A DNA stretch of 64,000 nt from an uncultured Rhodobacteraceae bacterium. GTDB taxonomy: Bacteria; Pseudomonadota; Alphaproteobacteria; Rhodobacterales; Rhodobacteraceae. The position numbers and the translations under genes were made by a program. This document shows positions 9,516-20,595 of the stretch, one piece after another. The notes below the pieces were generated by a model that was not told where the DNA came from, searched no databases, and was given only the letters and a program-made list of their open reading frames with translations. How positions within the stretch are numbered: position 1 is the first letter of the stretch; each line of letters begins with the position of its first letter. The DNA is taken from positions 35,857 through 99,856 of the forward strand of contig CANMPD010000012.1 of the NCBI GenBank assembly GCA_947499635.1, written 5' to 3'.

Positions 9516-9541
9516 GTGCGCCCCAGAGATCTGAGGCGCAC
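9516..9541 (-). other. terminator-like hairpin in the 154-bp rplR-rpsE spacer
   Basis: GTGCGCC...GGCGCAC 7-bp stem 7 nt after the rplR stop, followed on the minus strand by GAGC-UUUUU. Possible attenuator or processing site. Confidence 0.35.
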
Positions 9542-9547
9542 AAATCT

Positions 9548-9907
9548 TTAGATCTTCAAGCCACCTTCACGCGCAGCGTCGGCCAGAGCCTTCACTTTGC
9601 CGTGGAACAGGAAGCCGCCACGATCGAAGTATGCTTCTTCGACACCGGCCGCTTTCGCGCGCTCTGCGATCACTGCACCAACTTTGGTCGCCGCTTCGAT
9701 GTTGTTTTTGCCAACAAAGCCCAGATCCTTTTCGAGGGTCGAAGCTGCTGCCAAAGTGACACCTTTTACGTCGTCGATCAGCTGAACAGAGATGTTCTTG
9801 TTCGAGCGGTGAACGGACAGACGCGGGCGTCCGGCGTTCACTTTGCGAAGTTTGTTCCGAACGCGCAGGCGGCGTTTCAGAAACAGGGTACGTTTGCTGT
9901 TTGCCAT
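9548..9907 (-). CDS. rplR: 50S ribosomal protein L18
   Basis: 119 aa, [22 protein letters not shown]...[24 protein letters not shown]. Confidence 0.95.
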   Translation of the reverse strand: MANSKRTLFLKRRLRVRNKLRKVNAGRPRLSVHRSNKNISVQLIDDVKGVTLAAASTLEKDLGFVGKNNIEAATKVGAVIAERAKAAGVEEAYFDRGGFLFHGKVKALADAAREGGLKI

Positions 9908-9918
9908 TGTGTTCGTCC

Positions 9919-10452
9919 TTACTTCTTCTTGCCTTCCTTACGGAAGATGAATTCGCCCTTATAGCGGATCCCTTTGCCTTTGTAGGGCTCAGGGCGACGC
10001 CAGTCGCGGATTTTTGCTGCAACTTCGCCAACCGCTTGTGAATCTGTACCTTCGACAACGATTTCCGTTGGCTTAGGTGCCGTGATGGTCACACCTTCAG
10101 GTGCTTCCATTGTCACTTCGTGCGAGTAGCCGAGGTTCAGTTTCAGGGTGTTGCCCTGCATCTGAGCACGGTAACCAACACCTTGGATCTCAAGCTCTTT
10201 TTTGAAGCCGCCGGTGACGCCGGTAACCAAGTTTGCAACCATAGTGCGGGACATGCCCCACTGCTGGCGTGCGCGCTTGGACTTGCCGCGTGGTTCAACA
10301 ACAACTGTGTCGTCCACGACGGTCAAAGTAACGTCGTCGGTTGCGGTGAAGCTTTTCGCGCCCTTAGGGCCCTTAACTTCGATGGACTGGCCGGAAACCG
10401 CAGCGGATACACCGCTGGGGAGTGCGACCGGTTTTTTACCAATACGAGACAT
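9919..10452 (-). CDS. rplF: 50S ribosomal protein L6
   Basis: 177 aa, [15 protein letters not shown]... Confidence 0.95.
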   Translation of the reverse strand: MSRIGKKPVALPSGVSAAVSGQSIEVKGPKGAKSFTATDDVTLTVVDDTVVVEPRGKSKRARQQWGMSRTMVANLVTGVTGGFKKELEIQGVGYRAQMQGNTLKLNLGYSHEVTMEAPEGVTITAPKPTEIVVEGTDSQAVGEVAAKIRDWRRPEPYKGKGIRYKGEFIFRKEGKKK

Positions 10453-10466
10453 GTGCGTTGATCTCC

Positions 10467-10859
10467 TTAGAAGACGGTGCAGAGCACTTCGCCGCCAACA
10501 TTGGCTGCGCGTGCGCGTGCATCCGACATCACACCTTGTGGTGTGGAGACAATCGACACACCCAAGCCCATGCGGACTTGTGGGATGTCATTAACGCCCA
10601 TGTATACGCGACGGCCAGGTTTAGAAACCCGCTTCACTTCACGAATAACTGGTTCGCCTTCGTAATACTTCAGGCTGATTTCGATGGCCGGGTGGCCAGC
10701 GGCGTCGGTGGTTTTCTCATAGCCGCGGATGTAACCCTCGTCCTGCAGCACGTCCAGAACCCAAGCACGCAGTTTTGACGCTGGTGTGGATACAGTGGAT
10801 TTGCCACGAAGTTGTGAGTTACGGATGCGGGTGAGCATATCGCCGATAGGATCGTTCAT
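10467..10859 (-). CDS. rpsH: 30S ribosomal protein S8
   Basis: 130 aa, [17 protein letters not shown]... Confidence 0.95.
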   Translation of the reverse strand: MNDPIGDMLTRIRNSQLRGKSTVSTPASKLRAWVLDVLQDEGYIRGYEKTTDAAGHPAIEISLKYYEGEPVIREVKRVSKPGRRVYMGVNDIPQVRMGLGVSIVSTPQGVMSDARARAANVGGEVLCTVF

Positions 10860-10872
10860 ATCTGTCTCTCCC

Positions 10873-11178
10873 TTACCAGCTCGATTTCACCATACCGGGG
10901 ATTTGGCCGTTTGAGCCAAGTTCCCGCAGCGCGATCCGGCTTACCTTAAGCTTACGGTAGTAAGCGTGAGGACGGCCGGTCAGCTGGCAACGGTTGTGCA
11001 AACGAGTTGCGGACGAATTACGAGGCAATTTCGCCAGTTTCAGACGCGCGGTGAAACGCTCTTCCATTGGACGGCTCTCGTCATTTGCGATTTCTTTCAG
11101 CTCGGCACGTTTGGCAGCATATTTAGCCACCAGGCGCTCGCGCTTCTTTTCGCGTTCGATCATGCTTTTCTTAGCCAT
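10873..11178 (-). CDS. rpsN: 30S ribosomal protein S14
   Basis: 101 aa, [28 protein letters not shown]...[28 protein letters not shown]. Confidence 0.95.
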   Translation of the reverse strand: MAKKSMIEREKKRERLVAKYAAKRAELKEIANDESRPMEERFTARLKLAKLPRNSSATRLHNRCQLTGRPHAYYRKLKVSRIALRELGSNGQIPGMVKSSW

Positions 11179-11197
11179 GTCTCTTCCTTCCCCGCGA

Positions 11198-11761
11198 TCA
11201 GCTATTGAAGGGCATGTTGAAAGCTTTCAACAGTGCCTTCGCTTCAGCGTCGGTTTTTGCGTCAGTGGCAATTACGATGTCCATACCCCAGGATTCGTCG
11301 ATTTTGTCGAACTCAATCTCAGGGAAAACCATGTGCTCTTTCATGCCCATAGCATAGTTGCCACGGCCGTCGAAAGATTTACCGGAAACACCGCGGAAGT
11401 CGCGGATACGAGGCATCGCGATGGTGATCAGACGGTCGAGAAATTCGAACATACGATCGCCGCGCAGGGTCACTTTTGCACCCATCGGCATGCCTTCACG
11501 TACACGGAAGCCAGCGATAGAGTTTTTCGCAATTGTTGTCAGCGCTTTTTGACCTGCAATCAAAGTCAGATCTGCTTGAGCAGACTTGGCTTTTTTGCTG
11601 TCTTTAACAGCCGCACGGCCACAACCGATGTTCAGAACGATTTTCTCCAACTTAGGGATCATCATCTCGTTCTTATAGCCGAATTCCTCTTTCAAAGACG
11701 CGCGGATGCTGTCCTTGTAAAGGGCTTTCAAGCGTGGAGTGTAGGTTGCATCATCAAGCAT
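11198..11761 (-). CDS. rplE: 50S ribosomal protein L5
   Basis: 187 aa with L5 motifs ([22 protein letters not shown]). Conserved order. Confidence 0.95.
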   Translation of the reverse strand: MLDDATYTPRLKALYKDSIRASLKEEFGYKNEMMIPKLEKIVLNIGCGRAAVKDSKKAKSAQADLTLIAGQKALTTIAKNSIAGFRVREGMPMGAKVTLRGDRMFEFLDRLITIAMPRIRDFRGVSGKSFDGRGNYAMGMKEHMVFPEIEFDKIDESWGMDIVIATDAKTDAEAKALLKAFNMPFNS

Positions 11762-12066
11762 TATACAGTCTCCCCGGTTGTTTTCGCAAAGCGAACTTTC
11801 TTGCCGTCTTCCTCGCGGAAGCCAACACGGGTTGCTTTGCCGTTGCTGTCGAGCAGGGCCAAGTTAGACAGTTGGATCGGCACAGCCTTTGGCAGGCGGC
11901 CACCTTGTTCTGTCTGGGACTGACGGGTGTGACGGATCGCCATGTTGACGCCTTCGACAACCGCTTTGCCGGCAGATGGGTCAACAGAAAGGATCGCGCC
12001 TTCTTTGCCCTTGTCTTTACCAGCAAGTACGACGACCTTGTCGCCTTTGCGCAGTTTAGCAGCCAT
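11761..12066 (-). CDS. rplX: 50S ribosomal protein L24
   Basis: 101 aa, [23 protein letters not shown]... Confidence 0.95.
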   Translation of the reverse strand: MAAKLRKGDKVVVLAGKDKGKEGAILSVDPSAGKAVVEGVNMAIRHTRQSQTEQGGRLPKAVPIQLSNLALLDSNGKATRVGFREEDGKKVRFAKTTGETV

Positions 12067-12068
12067 TG

Positions 12069-12437
12069 TTACAGGACCTCCGGCGCAAGCGAAATGATCT
12101 TCATGAAGTTTTTCGCGCGAAGTTCGCGAACAACTGGGCCGAAGATACGTGTGCCAACCGGCTCACCGCTGTTATTCAGGATAACAGCCGCGTTGCGGTC
12201 AAAACGAATTGCGGTACCGTCTTCACGACGAACCTCTTTGGCGGTGCGAACGACGACGGCCTTACGGACGTCCCCTTTTTTAACGCGACCGCGCGGGATG
12301 GCTTCTTTAACCGAGACGACAATAATGTCGCCAACGGAAGCGTACTTACGCTTGGAGCCACCCAGAACCTTGATGCACTGAACTCGGCGAGCGCCGGAGT
12401 TGTCAGCAACATCCAGATTTGTTTGCATCTGGATCAT
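12069..12437 (-). CDS. rplN: 50S ribosomal protein L14
   Basis: 122 aa, [27 protein letters not shown]... Confidence 0.95.
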   Translation of the reverse strand: MIQMQTNLDVADNSGARRVQCIKVLGGSKRKYASVGDIIVVSVKEAIPRGRVKKGDVRKAVVVRTAKEVRREDGTAIRFDRNAAVILNNSGEPVGTRIFGPVVRELRAKNFMKIISLAPEVL

Positions 12438-12537
12438 GTGGTTTCTCCCGACCTTTGGGGCACCGATGCGTGGTGTACTCCCCCAGGGTTTCGACTGTGC
12501 TAAAAAGCCTAGTCGCCAGGAATCTCGTTAGAGATTC

Positions 12538-12768
12538 TTAGGCTTCCAGAACTTCCCAGCGTTTCGTTTTCGACTTCGGTGCACATTCAATAATGCGAAC
12601 GGAGTCACCGACTTTGAAAGCGTTCTGTTCATCGTGAGCCCGGTATTTTTTGGACTTACGGATGGTTTTCTTAAGAACTGGGTGCGTAAAGCGACGCTCT
12701 ACGGAAACAGTTACGGTCTGTGCGTTTGCGTCAGAAGTTACGACGCCAGACAGGATACGTTTAGGCAT
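12538..12768 (-). CDS. rpsQ: 30S ribosomal protein S17
   Basis: 76 aa, [42 protein letters not shown]. Confidence 0.95.
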   Translation of the reverse strand: MPKRILSGVVTSDANAQTVTVSVERRFTHPVLKKTIRKSKKYRAHDEQNAFKVGDSVRIIECAPKSKTKRWEVLEA

Positions 12769-12779
12769 TCGAGTGCTCC

Positions 12780-12980
12780 TTATTCAGCCGCTGCTGCAGC
12801 TTTTTCGTTCAGGATGGTTTTAACACGTGCAGCGTTGCGGCGTGCCGCGCGTACTGTAGCAGTGTTTTCCAACTGACCGGTCGCCTGCTGAAAACGCAGG
12901 TTGAAGCTCTCTTTTTTCATGGAAGCAAGCAGATCGCGGAGCTCATCCACGGTCTTCTCACGAAGATCATTGGCGTTCAT
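12780..12980 (-). CDS. rpmC: 50S ribosomal protein L29
   Basis: 66 aa, ...[35 protein letters not shown]... Confidence 0.95.
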   Translation of the reverse strand: MNANDLREKTVDELRDLLASMKKESFNLRFQQATGQLENTATVRAARRNAARVKTILNEKAAAAAE

Positions 12981-13134
12981 CGCCTTTGTTCCTTTTCCTT
13001 GGCACCAGAAGGCCCCTTATGGTGGGTAACCTTGCGTCTGGTGGGTTATGTAAACTGCGTCACGCCAAATAAGCGCTAGCACAAAATTAACCCGCATCAG
13101 GGATTCGCAGAACGATCCCTAGGCGAGATGAGTT

Positions 13135-13163
13135 CCTATAGAGGTTTCAAACAGCAGGAGCAA
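13135..13163 (-). promoter_or_regulatory. candidate promoter for the rpmC-to-rpmD block
   Basis: Minus strand reads TTGCTC (13158-13163), 17 nt, TATAGG (13135-13140). A promoter is needed because rplP is followed by a terminator. Confidence 0.3.
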
Positions 13164-13268
13164 GGGAAACTTGGAAAGACGGCCCTATTGATCATCCTTG
13201 CTGCAGACCTGCGTTGGAACCTGTTAAAGACACGCATATCTCGCGAGGGCGTGTCGCAATAACTTCTG

Positions 13269-13889
13269 TTATCCCCAAGCGTAATTAAAGCTGACAGAGA
13301 TCCGTTCATCTTCGGCCATGTTTAGCGGCACCTCGTGGCGGATAAAGCTTTCCCAAAGCAGGACATCACCAACCTTAGGGGCCTGATAGACAAACGTGCG
13401 CAACTCTTCGCGGCAGTCTTTGATCCGCGGCGGATGTGCCATCATCATCGCGTGGCGTGGATCCTCCAACTTTAGCGCACTGGCCCCATCCGGCATAGAC
13501 ACATAGGTCGTACCGGAAATCACCGAATGTGGGTGGATGTGGCTGGCGTGCGTGCCACCCTCGGGGAGGATATTAATCCACAGATCCTCGAGCTTTAGCG
13601 CGCGCCCATCCAGGTTCAACTCAAGATCTTGTGCAAAGGCCGCCACATGGGCGTCCAGAGACTTCACCAGATCGGCAAAGATTGGAAACCGCCACGGCAA
13701 ATCGGACAGGGACGCATAGGAGGTGTACCCTGGATAGCCGTTTTCCTCGCACCAGTCCTGCCCCGCCTCATCATCTTCGGCGATGGTCATGCAGGAGTTT
13801 TCCATCTCTGCTGCATCAATTGCGGGTCCATGTTCGGCCAATGCGGCGCGATACAATCGGGTGACGAAAAGGGAATCAATCTGTGCCAT
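13269..13889 (-). CDS. 2OG-Fe(II) oxygenase-like protein (TIGR02466 / PF13759-type)
   Basis: MAQIDSLFVTRLY... with THASHIHPHSVISGTTYV and a distal RHEV histidine (HxH...H metal triad pattern). Start set at ATG 13889; the ORF extends to 13934. Confidence 0.6.
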   Translation of the reverse strand: MAQIDSLFVTRLYRAALAEHGPAIDAAEMENSCMTIAEDDEAGQDWCEENGYPGYTSYASLSDLPWRFPIFADLVKSLDAHVAAFAQDLELNLDGRALKLEDLWINILPEGGTHASHIHPHSVISGTTYVSMPDGASALKLEDPRHAMMMAHPPRIKDCREELRTFVYQAPKVGDVLLWESFIRHEVPLNMAEDERISVSFNYAWG

Positions 13890-14016
13890 TGCGCGGTGAT
13901 AACCTATGCAATAGGGGTTTGGCGAGGGGCGCATCGCCGCAGGATTGTGACCCTTGAACTTTACCCTCTGACAGAGTCACTTAGACGACACACACACGTG
14001 AAACCGAATACGTGCA

Positions 14017-14604
14017 ATGCCCAACTATGTTGATGAAGCGGAAGCGGCGCGACAACTTTCACATGCCAAACGCCTGTTGGTTTTGGGCAGTTCTGCGGGC
14101 GGGAAATCCACGCTGTCCGCAAAGATCGAAGCGAAACTGGGTCTACCGCATATTTCCTATGATCGCGACATCCGCTGGCTGCCTGGGTGGACCGTACGTC
14201 CAGAGCCTCAACAGGTTGAAATTGTAACTGAGATCGCCGCACGCGAACACTGGGTGATGGATGGAACAACCATATCAACTCTTCCGATCCGCCTGCCCCG
14301 TACCGATCTGGTGATCTGGATGCGGCCGCCGCGCCTGCGCGCCATATGGCAATTGGCAAAACGCGTCTGGCGCGGATATGGCAAGGTCCGCCCAGATATG
14401 GCCGAAGGATGCCCCGAGGGCTTTCCTGACTGGGAATTCTTGTCCTACATTTGGACGTTTGAACGCAAGCAAAGCCCGCGCATCCTGCGTAGTCTCGACA
14501 CTTATGGCCCCGATGTGCCGGTTTATATCATCCGCAGCAACGCCCAAACTGCGCAACTGATGGCCCGCCTTGAACAGGACAGAGTTAAGCAGGGCCAGAG
14601 TTGA
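14017..14604 (+). CDS. P-loop NTPase, adenylate-kinase/topology-modulation (FlaR)-like
   Basis: 195 aa. Walker A is LVLGSSAGGKST. Size and layout match small nucleoside-monophosphate-kinase-like ATPases. Confidence 0.65.
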   Translation: MPNYVDEAEAARQLSHAKRLLVLGSSAGGKSTLSAKIEAKLGLPHISYDRDIRWLPGWTVRPEPQQVEIVTEIAAREHWVMDGTTISTLPIRLPRTDLVIWMRPPRLRAIWQLAKRVWRGYGKVRPDMAEGCPEGFPDWEFLSYIWTFERKQSPRILRSLDTYGPDVPVYIIRSNAQTAQLMARLEQDRVKQGQS

Positions 14605-14764
14605 ATTGTCTTGACCACGAGATAGCCCATGGTATTGTGTACGCGGTTTTGTGGTACCCGCCGCGCGCACCCTATGGGAGTGGTGAAACGCACATAGTTT
14701 CCTAAAGACGACATCCCGACCAGCATTCGGCTGGCAATGCGCGCACCACTGAAAATATGCTGGT

Positions 14765-15310
14765 ATGGAGACAACAATGTTTAGCCCAGACCAAGCCAAA
14801 TCAATGGCCAAAAAACTGCGCGCCGCACTGGCCGCAGACGATATGAATGTCCCTCATGCAAAAGCGCTTGAACTGATCGCAATGAGTTTTGGCTTTGCCG
14901 ATTGGAACACCGCCAACGCCACACTTGCAAAAGCTGCGCCGGATGAGATCGCATTCACCGATTGCAATCCGATTTTACGGATATTCGATGAAACCAAGGC
15001 CCGCGAATTTTACTGTGGTTTCCTTGGCTTTAAAGTCCTGTTCGAACACCGCTATACGCCGGACCTTCCTCTTTACATGGCGGTAGAGCGAAATGGCCTA
15101 CAGCTGCACCTATCAGAACATCACAACGACGCCAGCCCGGGATCAAACGCGTTTATTCCAACCACGAACCTACGTGCGTTGCAGCACGAGCTATCCGAAA
15201 AGAACTATACGTTTAACCGCCCCGGCTTGGAGAAAATGCCGTGGGGCTTGCAAATGCAGGTTCATGATCCTTTTGGGAACCGTCTGCGACTTTGTGAACA
15301 GGGGTCGTAA
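14765..15310 (+). CDS. VOC/glyoxalase-bleomycin-resistance superfamily protein with N-terminal helical extension
   Basis: The C-terminal 120 aa (ILRIFDETKAREFYCGFLGFKV...HDPFGNRLRLCE) is VOC-like. The N-terminal ~55 aa carries the HAKALELIAMSFGFADWNT motif. Confidence 0.7.
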   Translation: METTMFSPDQAKSMAKKLRAALAADDMNVPHAKALELIAMSFGFADWNTANATLAKAAPDEIAFTDCNPILRIFDETKAREFYCGFLGFKVLFEHRYTPDLPLYMAVERNGLQLHLSEHHNDASPGSNAFIPTTNLRALQHELSEKNYTFNRPGLEKMPWGLQMQVHDPFGNRLRLCEQGS

Positions 15311-15370
15311 AATAGGATCTCTCGCGGCTGAATACAGGCATCCCTCCCTTATCAGGTGAGACCACATATA

Positions 15371-15410
15371 AAACAAAACCCCCGCCAGTTTCCTGACGGG
15401 GGTTTTTATT
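15371..15410. terminator. bidirectional terminator after rplP and the VOC gene
   Basis: AAACAAAA-CCCCCGCCAG-tttc-CTGACGGGGG-TTTTTATTT. U-runs are available on both strands. It lies between convergent genes. Confidence 0.7.
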
Positions 15411-15447
15411 TCTCTGACGGCACAGGCTGTGCCATCCTGCAAAAGAC

Positions 15448-15861
15448 TTACCAGTCTTCGCGAACCACAACGCGGGTTTTCACCGGCAATTTCATGGCAG
15501 CAAGACGCAGAGCCTCGCGCGCGATGGTTTCGTCGACACCGTCGATTTCAAACATCACACGACCTGGCTTAACTTTGCAGGCCCAAAAGTCCACAGAACC
15601 TTTACCTTTACCCATACGAACTTCGACGGGCTTAGATGTTACAGGAACATCAGGGAAGATACGGATCCAAACACGACCTTGACGTTTCATGTGACGTGTC
15701 ATCGCGCGGCGAGCCGCTTCGATTTGACGCGCTGTCACACGCTCAGGTGTGGTGGCTTTGAGGCCGAAAGTCCCAAAGTTCAGATCGGAGCCGCCTTTGG
15801 CTTCTCCTTTGATCCGACCTTTGAACATCTTGCGGAATTTAGTACGCTTTGGCTGAAGCAT
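15448..15861 (-). CDS. rplP: 50S ribosomal protein L16
   Basis: 137 aa, [19 protein letters not shown]... Confidence 0.95.
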   Translation of the reverse strand: MLQPKRTKFRKMFKGRIKGEAKGGSDLNFGTFGLKATTPERVTARQIEAARRAMTRHMKRQGRVWIRIFPDVPVTSKPVEVRMGKGKGSVDFWACKVKPGRVMFEIDGVDETIAREALRLAAMKLPVKTRVVVREDW

Positions 15862-15873
15862 GTCGCGTTCTCC

Positions 15874-16593
15874 TTACCGGTCGCCACGACGGTTACCGCC
15901 TGCACCGCGTGGTGCTGGCCCGTCCTGAACTTCCTGGGATTTGCGGTCACGCGCTTGCGGATCATGTTCCATGATCTCGCCTTTGAAGATCCATGTCTTG
16001 ATCCCGATGATACCATAGGGAGTCATGGCTTCTACGTGCGCGTAGTCGATGTCGGCGCGCAGGGTGTGCAAGGGCACACGACCTTCGCGGTACCATTCAG
16101 TACGCGCAATTTCAGCACCACCCAAACGGCCTGCAACGTTCACCCGGATACCCTGGGCGCCCATACGCATTGCGTTTTGAACGGCACGCTTCATTGCGCG
16201 ACGGAAAGATACACGGCGCTCGAGCTGCTGAGCAATGGACTCACCAACCAGGGCTGCGTCCAATTCTGGCTTACGCACTTCAACGATGTTGAGGTGCAGC
16301 TCAGAGTCGGTCATTGCCGCCAACTTTTTACGCAGAACTTCGATGTCCGCGCCTTTTTTACCGATGATCACACCCGGACGCGCTGTGTGAATTGTCACAC
16401 GGCACTTCTTGTGAGGGCGTTCGATGATCACGCGAGCAATACCAGCTTGCTTGCATTCTTCTTTGATGAACGCACGCAGTTTGATGTCCTCTAGCAGCAA
16501 GTCACCATAATCTTTGGTGTCTGCGTACCAGCGGCTGTCCCATGTGCGGTTGATTTGCAGGCGCATGCCAACCGGATTGACCTTATGTCCCAT
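15874..16593 (-). CDS. rpsC: 30S ribosomal protein S3
   Basis: 239 aa, [24 protein letters not shown]... Confidence 0.95.
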   Translation of the reverse strand: MGHKVNPVGMRLQINRTWDSRWYADTKDYGDLLLEDIKLRAFIKEECKQAGIARVIIERPHKKCRVTIHTARPGVIIGKKGADIEVLRKKLAAMTDSELHLNIVEVRKPELDAALVGESIAQQLERRVSFRRAMKRAVQNAMRMGAQGIRVNVAGRLGGAEIARTEWYREGRVPLHTLRADIDYAHVEAMTPYGIIGIKTWIFKGEIMEHDPQARDRKSQEVQDGPAPRGAGGNRRGDR

Positions 16594-16973
16594 TAGGCTT
16601 GCTCCTCAACTTGACGCACCGTGATGGTGATCTCCGAGAACGGCTTCAAGATTTTGCCGAAACGGCCACGCGCCCGTGGACGACCACGTTTCATGACCAT
16701 GTTTTTACCAACAAATGCCTCGGCAACGACCAAAGAGTCGACGTCCAGGTTGTGGTTGTTTTCCGCATTCGCAATTGCAGACTGAAGACATTTCTTCACG
16801 TCTTGTGCAATCCGCTTGTTTGAGAAGGTAAGGTCAGTCAGAGCCTTATCAACTTTTTTGCCACGGATCATCTGTGCAACCAGATTCAGTTTCTGCGGGC
16901 TAGTACGAAGCATGCGCGTTTTCGCCATTGCTTCGTTGTCGGCCACGCGGCGGGGGTTCTTATCCTTGCCCAT
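16593..16973 (-). CDS. rplV: 50S ribosomal protein L22
   Basis: 126 aa, ...[29 protein letters not shown]... Confidence 0.95.
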   Translation of the reverse strand: MGKDKNPRRVADNEAMAKTRMLRTSPQKLNLVAQMIRGKKVDKALTDLTFSNKRIAQDVKKCLQSAIANAENNHNLDVDSLVVAEAFVGKNMVMKRGRPRARGRFGKILKPFSEITITVRQVEEQA

Positions 16974-16976
16974 GAC

Positions 16977-17255
16977 TTACTTCCGCTTCGCTTTTTTGTC
17001 TGCTGCGTGACCGTAATAGGTACGAGTTGGCGAATATTCACCGAACTTTTGACCGATCATGTCTTCAGAGACGTTAACTGGGATGTGCTTATGGCCGTTG
17101 TAAACACCAAAGGTCAGACCCACGAATTGGGGCAGAATGGTGGAACGACGGGACCAAATTTTGATCACTTCGTTTTTACCCGACTCGCGGACAGCAGCGG
17201 CTTTTTTCAGCACGTAAGCGTCGACGAAAGGGCCTTTCCATACAGAGCGAGACAT
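16977..17255 (-). CDS. rpsS: 30S ribosomal protein S19
   Basis: 92 aa, [18 protein letters not shown]...GHKHIPV... Confidence 0.95.
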   Translation of the reverse strand: MSRSVWKGPFVDAYVLKKAAAVRESGKNEVIKIWSRRSTILPQFVGLTFGVYNGHKHIPVNVSEDMIGQKFGEYSPTRTYYGHAADKKAKRK

Positions 17256-17258
17256 ATA

Positions 17259-18101
17259 TTAGCGCCCTTTCTTCTTGGCGTGCCGCGAGCGGATGATCAG
17301 CTTCTGGCTTGCCTTGTTTGTGTTACGGGTACGTTTCCCTTTTGTCGGCTTACCCCAAGGAGTAACCGGGTGACGACCACCAGAGGTACGACCTTCACCA
17401 CCACCGTGAGGGTGATCGATTGGGTTCATAACAACACCACGGACGCTTGGACGTTTGCCTTTATGGCGCATACGACCGGCTTTACCGTAGTTCTGGTTAG
17501 AGTTGTCTGGGTTAGATACCGCGCCAACTGTTGCGATACATTCCTGGCGAACCAGACGCAATTCACCTGAGGACAGGCGGATCTGCGCGTAACCACCATC
17601 GCGACCAACAAACTGTGCATAGGTCCCAGCCGCACGTGCGATCTGACCACCTTTACCAGGTTTGATTTCGATGTTGTGAACGATTGTACCGATCGGCATG
17701 CCAGAGAACGGCATTGCGTTGCCCGGCTTGATGTCTGCCTTCGCGGAGGCGATGACCTGGTCACCAACTGCCAAACGCTGAGGTGCGAGGATATAGGCTT
17801 GTTCGCCGTCCTCGTACTTGATCAACGCGATGAACGCAGTCCGGTTAGGGTCATATTCAATGCGCTCGACGGTCGCGGCGACATCAAATTTATTCCGTCT
17901 GAAGTCAACGATCCGGTAAAGACGCTTTGCGCCACCACCACGGCGGCGTGAAGTGATCCGTCCGGTGTTGTTCCGGCCGCCCGATTTGGTCAAACCCTCA
18001 GTGAGAGATTTAACCGGACGCCCTTTCCAAAGCTCCGAACGGTCGATCAGAACCAGCCCACGCTGGCCCGGCGTCGTCGGCTTATACGACTTAAGTGCCA
18101 T
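17259..18101 (-). CDS. rplB: 50S ribosomal protein L2
   Basis: [17 protein letters not shown]... ORF-track start 18140 trimmed to the ATG at 18101; 280 aa. Confidence 0.95.
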   Translation of the reverse strand: MALKSYKPTTPGQRGLVLIDRSELWKGRPVKSLTEGLTKSGGRNNTGRITSRRRGGGAKRLYRIVDFRRNKFDVAATVERIEYDPNRTAFIALIKYEDGEQAYILAPQRLAVGDQVIASAKADIKPGNAMPFSGMPIGTIVHNIEIKPGKGGQIARAAGTYAQFVGRDGGYAQIRLSSGELRLVRQECIATVGAVSNPDNSNQNYGKAGRMRHKGKRPSVRGVVMNPIDHPHGGGEGRTSGGRHPVTPWGKPTKGKRTRNTNKASQKLIIRSRHAKKKGR

Positions 18102-18264
18102 GCTTTCTGTCTTCCGTTTAGCTACGATGAGTTTCCCCATCGATGCCGAACCTTAGGTAATATGCCTCTGGCCCGGCTATGTGAAAGCCCCCTGCCTTGC
18201 CGCAAAACGACCGGTTCAGGTGACCGAGTTATAGGGCCCCGAAGGTCCCAGAATTAGATATCCT

Positions 18265-18298
18265 GACAAAAATAACAGCCCCGGACGAATCCGAGGCT
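18265..18298 (-). terminator. terminator-like hairpin inside the rplW-rplB spacer (distal)
   Basis: Minus strand: AGCCUCGG-auucgu-CCGGGGCU followed by GUUAUUUUUGU. Confidence 0.45.
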
Positions 18299-18470
18299 TG
18301 TAGGATGGGCGGGAATTACCAGAGGACCTTTAGAGAGTCTAGAACTAAATCTAAACCCCATCCATCAATGGCCACCCAAACGCTCTGTTTCGTTGAGCCG
18401 TGCACACTCACTTCGCGTCACACTGCCAGCGCGATAGCTCGCGCCGATATTGGACACCCGGATACTTCGC

Positions 18471-18506
18471 ACGAGAAAAGCCCCCCACATCACTGCGAGG
18501 GGCTTT
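18471..18506 (-). terminator. terminator-like hairpin directly after rplW
   Basis: Minus strand: AAAGCCCC, 14-nt loop, GGGGCUUU, then UCUCGUG, 25 nt after the rplW stop. Confidence 0.4.
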
Positions 18507-18530
18507 CTAGTTCTTACAGAAGGCTAGCCT

Positions 18531-18827
18531 TTACAGACCAGTGGACACGTCGATTGTGTTGCCTTCTTCCAAGGTCACGTAAGCTTTCTTCACGTCTTTG
18601 CGCTTACCCAGCGCGCCGCGGAAGCGTTTTACTTTACCCTTGGTGATAGATGTGTTGACCGCTTTGACCTTTACACCAAACAGCGCCTCTACGGCCTCTT
18701 TGATCTGAGGTTTGTTGCTGTCGATCGCCACTTCGAAAACCACAGCACCATTTTCAGACGCCATTGTGGATTTTTCGGTGATGATCGGCTTGCGGATCAC
18801 GTCGTAATGTTCTGCCTTAGCGCTCAT
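18531..18827 (-). CDS. rplW: 50S ribosomal protein L23
   Basis: 98 aa, [21 protein letters not shown]... Confidence 0.95.
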   Translation of the reverse strand: MSAKAEHYDVIRKPIITEKSTMASENGAVVFEVAIDSNKPQIKEAVEALFGVKVKAVNTSITKGKVKRFRGALGKRKDVKKAYVTLEEGNTIDVSTGL

Positions 18828-19441
18828 TTCAGGCGAGCCTCCAATGCTTCGACACCTGCTTTGGTGATCACAAGTGTATCACGCTTGAGGATGTCATAGA
18901 CGTTTGCGCCCATCGTTGGCAGGATATCCAGACCTTCGATGTTACGAGATGCTTTCAGGAACTCTTCGTTCACGGATGCACCGTCGATGACCAACGCACG
19001 TTTCCAGCCCAGGTTCTTGACCTGTTTTGCTAGAGCAGCGGTTTTGCCAGCAGATGCAGCATCTTCGATGATGACCAGTTCACCCGCTTTTGCCTTTGCA
19101 GACAGCGCGTGACGCAGACCCAGCTTGCGGAATTTCTTCGACAAGTCGTGGCCGTGGCTACGTGGGGTTGGACCCTTGTAGATACCACCTTTGCGGAAGA
19201 TCGGCGCGTTACGGTCACCATGGCGTGCGCCACCGGTGCCTTTTTGGCGATAGATCTTCTTGGTCGAGTAGCTGGTTTCAGAACGAGTCTTAACCTTGTG
19301 CGTACCGGCTTGTGCGTTGTTACGCTGCCAGCGGACAACACGGTGCAGAATGTCTGCGCGTGGGTCCAGACCGAACAGGTCTTCGGACAATTCGATATCG
19401 CCCGCAGTCGCACCGTCGAGTTTGATCACGTCAAGTTTCAT
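18824..19441 (-). CDS. rplD: 50S ribosomal protein L4
   Basis: 205 aa, ...[17 protein letters not shown]...[14 protein letters not shown]... Confidence 0.95.
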   Translation of the reverse strand: MKLDVIKLDGATAGDIELSEDLFGLDPRADILHRVVRWQRNNAQAGTHKVKTRSETSYSTKKIYRQKGTGGARHGDRNAPIFRKGGIYKGPTPRSHGHDLSKKFRKLGLRHALSAKAKAGELVIIEDAASAGKTAALAKQVKNLGWKRALVIDGASVNEEFLKASRNIEGLDILPTMGANVYDILKRDTLVITKAGVEALEARLK

Positions 19442-20142
19442 GCTTCACCACCTTCCGCGGGAGCTTCCGCAGTTTTCAGACCGGCCGGGAACGGCAGACC
19501 CTCGGGGGCTTTCTTCTTCACGGCGTCCTTAACAGTAACCCAGCCAGATTTTGGACCAGGAACGGCGCCTTTGATGAAGACCAGACCACGTTCGGCGTCA
19601 GTTTTTACAACTTCAAGATTCTGAGTGGTTACGCGGGCTGCACCCATGTGACCGGCCATTTTCTTGCCTTTGAAAACTTTACCTGGATCTTGACACTGAC
19701 CTGTCGAACCATGCGAACGGTGAGAGATAGACACACCGTGTGACGCACGCAGACCACCAAAGTTGTGACGCTTCATCGCACCGGCAAAACCTTTACCGAT
19801 AGATGTGCCTGTTACGTCAACTTTTTGACCGTCAAGGAAGTGCTCGGCAGAGATTTCTGCGCCGACTTCGATCAGGGCATCCGCAGGAACGCGGAATTCA
19901 ACCAGCTTGCGCTTAGGCTCAACCTTTGCAGCGGCGTAATGGCCGCGCATTGCTTGAGACACGCGCTTAACTTTTGCAGTACCTGCACCAAGTTGAACAG
20001 CTGTGTAGCCGTCTTTTTCCTCAGTACGCTGAGAAACAACCTGCAGGCCATCAAGATGAAGAACGGTTACAGGGATCTGCTTGCCGTCTTCCATGAACAA
20101 GCGGGTCATGCCCACTTTTTTAGCGATAATACCAGAGCGCAT
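19438..20142 (-). CDS. rplC: 50S ribosomal protein L3
   Basis: 234 aa, [28 protein letters not shown]... Confidence 0.95.
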   Translation of the reverse strand: MRSGIIAKKVGMTRLFMEDGKQIPVTVLHLDGLQVVSQRTEEKDGYTAVQLGAGTAKVKRVSQAMRGHYAAAKVEPKRKLVEFRVPADALIEVGAEISAEHFLDGQKVDVTGTSIGKGFAGAMKRHNFGGLRASHGVSISHRSHGSTGQCQDPGKVFKGKKMAGHMGAARVTTQNLEVVKTDAERGLVFIKGAVPGPKSGWVTVKDAVKKKAPEGLPFPAGLKTAEAPAEGGEA

Positions 20143-20160
20143 ATAAATTACCCTCCGATC

Positions 20161-20475
20161 TTAAGATTGCAGCTTGATTTCGACATCAACACCAGCCGCG
20201 AGGTCGAGCTTCATCAGCGCGTCTACAGTCTGGGGAGTCGGATCAACGATGTCGAGCATACGCTTGTGCGTACGGATTTCGAACTGGTCACGAGATTTCT
20301 TATCCACGTGTGGACCACGCAGAACAGTGAATTTTTCGATCTTGTTCGGCAGCGGGATGGGGCCACGTACTTGGGCACCGGTCCGCTTGGCAGTGTTGAC
20401 GATCTCTTGCGTGCTGGCATCCAGAACGCGATAGTCAAATGCCTTGAGCCGGATACGGATATTTTGGCTTTGCAT
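20161..20475 (-). CDS. rpsJ: 30S ribosomal protein S10
   Basis: 104 aa, [19 protein letters not shown]... Confidence 0.95.
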   Translation of the reverse strand: MQSQNIRIRLKAFDYRVLDASTQEIVNTAKRTGAQVRGPIPLPNKIEKFTVLRGPHVDKKSRDQFEIRTHKRMLDIVDPTPQTVDALMKLDLAAGVDVEIKLQS

Positions 20476-20595
20476 TATATAGCCTTATCTTCAGGCGTTG
20501 GAGTTGAGAGGAGGGGCAGCGACCATCGCGGGACCCTCATCGAACCCAAAAGACGGGAATCACCCCGCCTTTGACTCGCTGATGCGAGATGGCGC

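Noticed and set aside
18305-18646. 113-aa plus-strand ORF in the rplW-rplB spacer.
   Set aside because: It runs antisense into rplW, has no RBS, and its composition is Ser/Arg/Cys-rich. The spacer is better explained as non-coding (see the finding on it).
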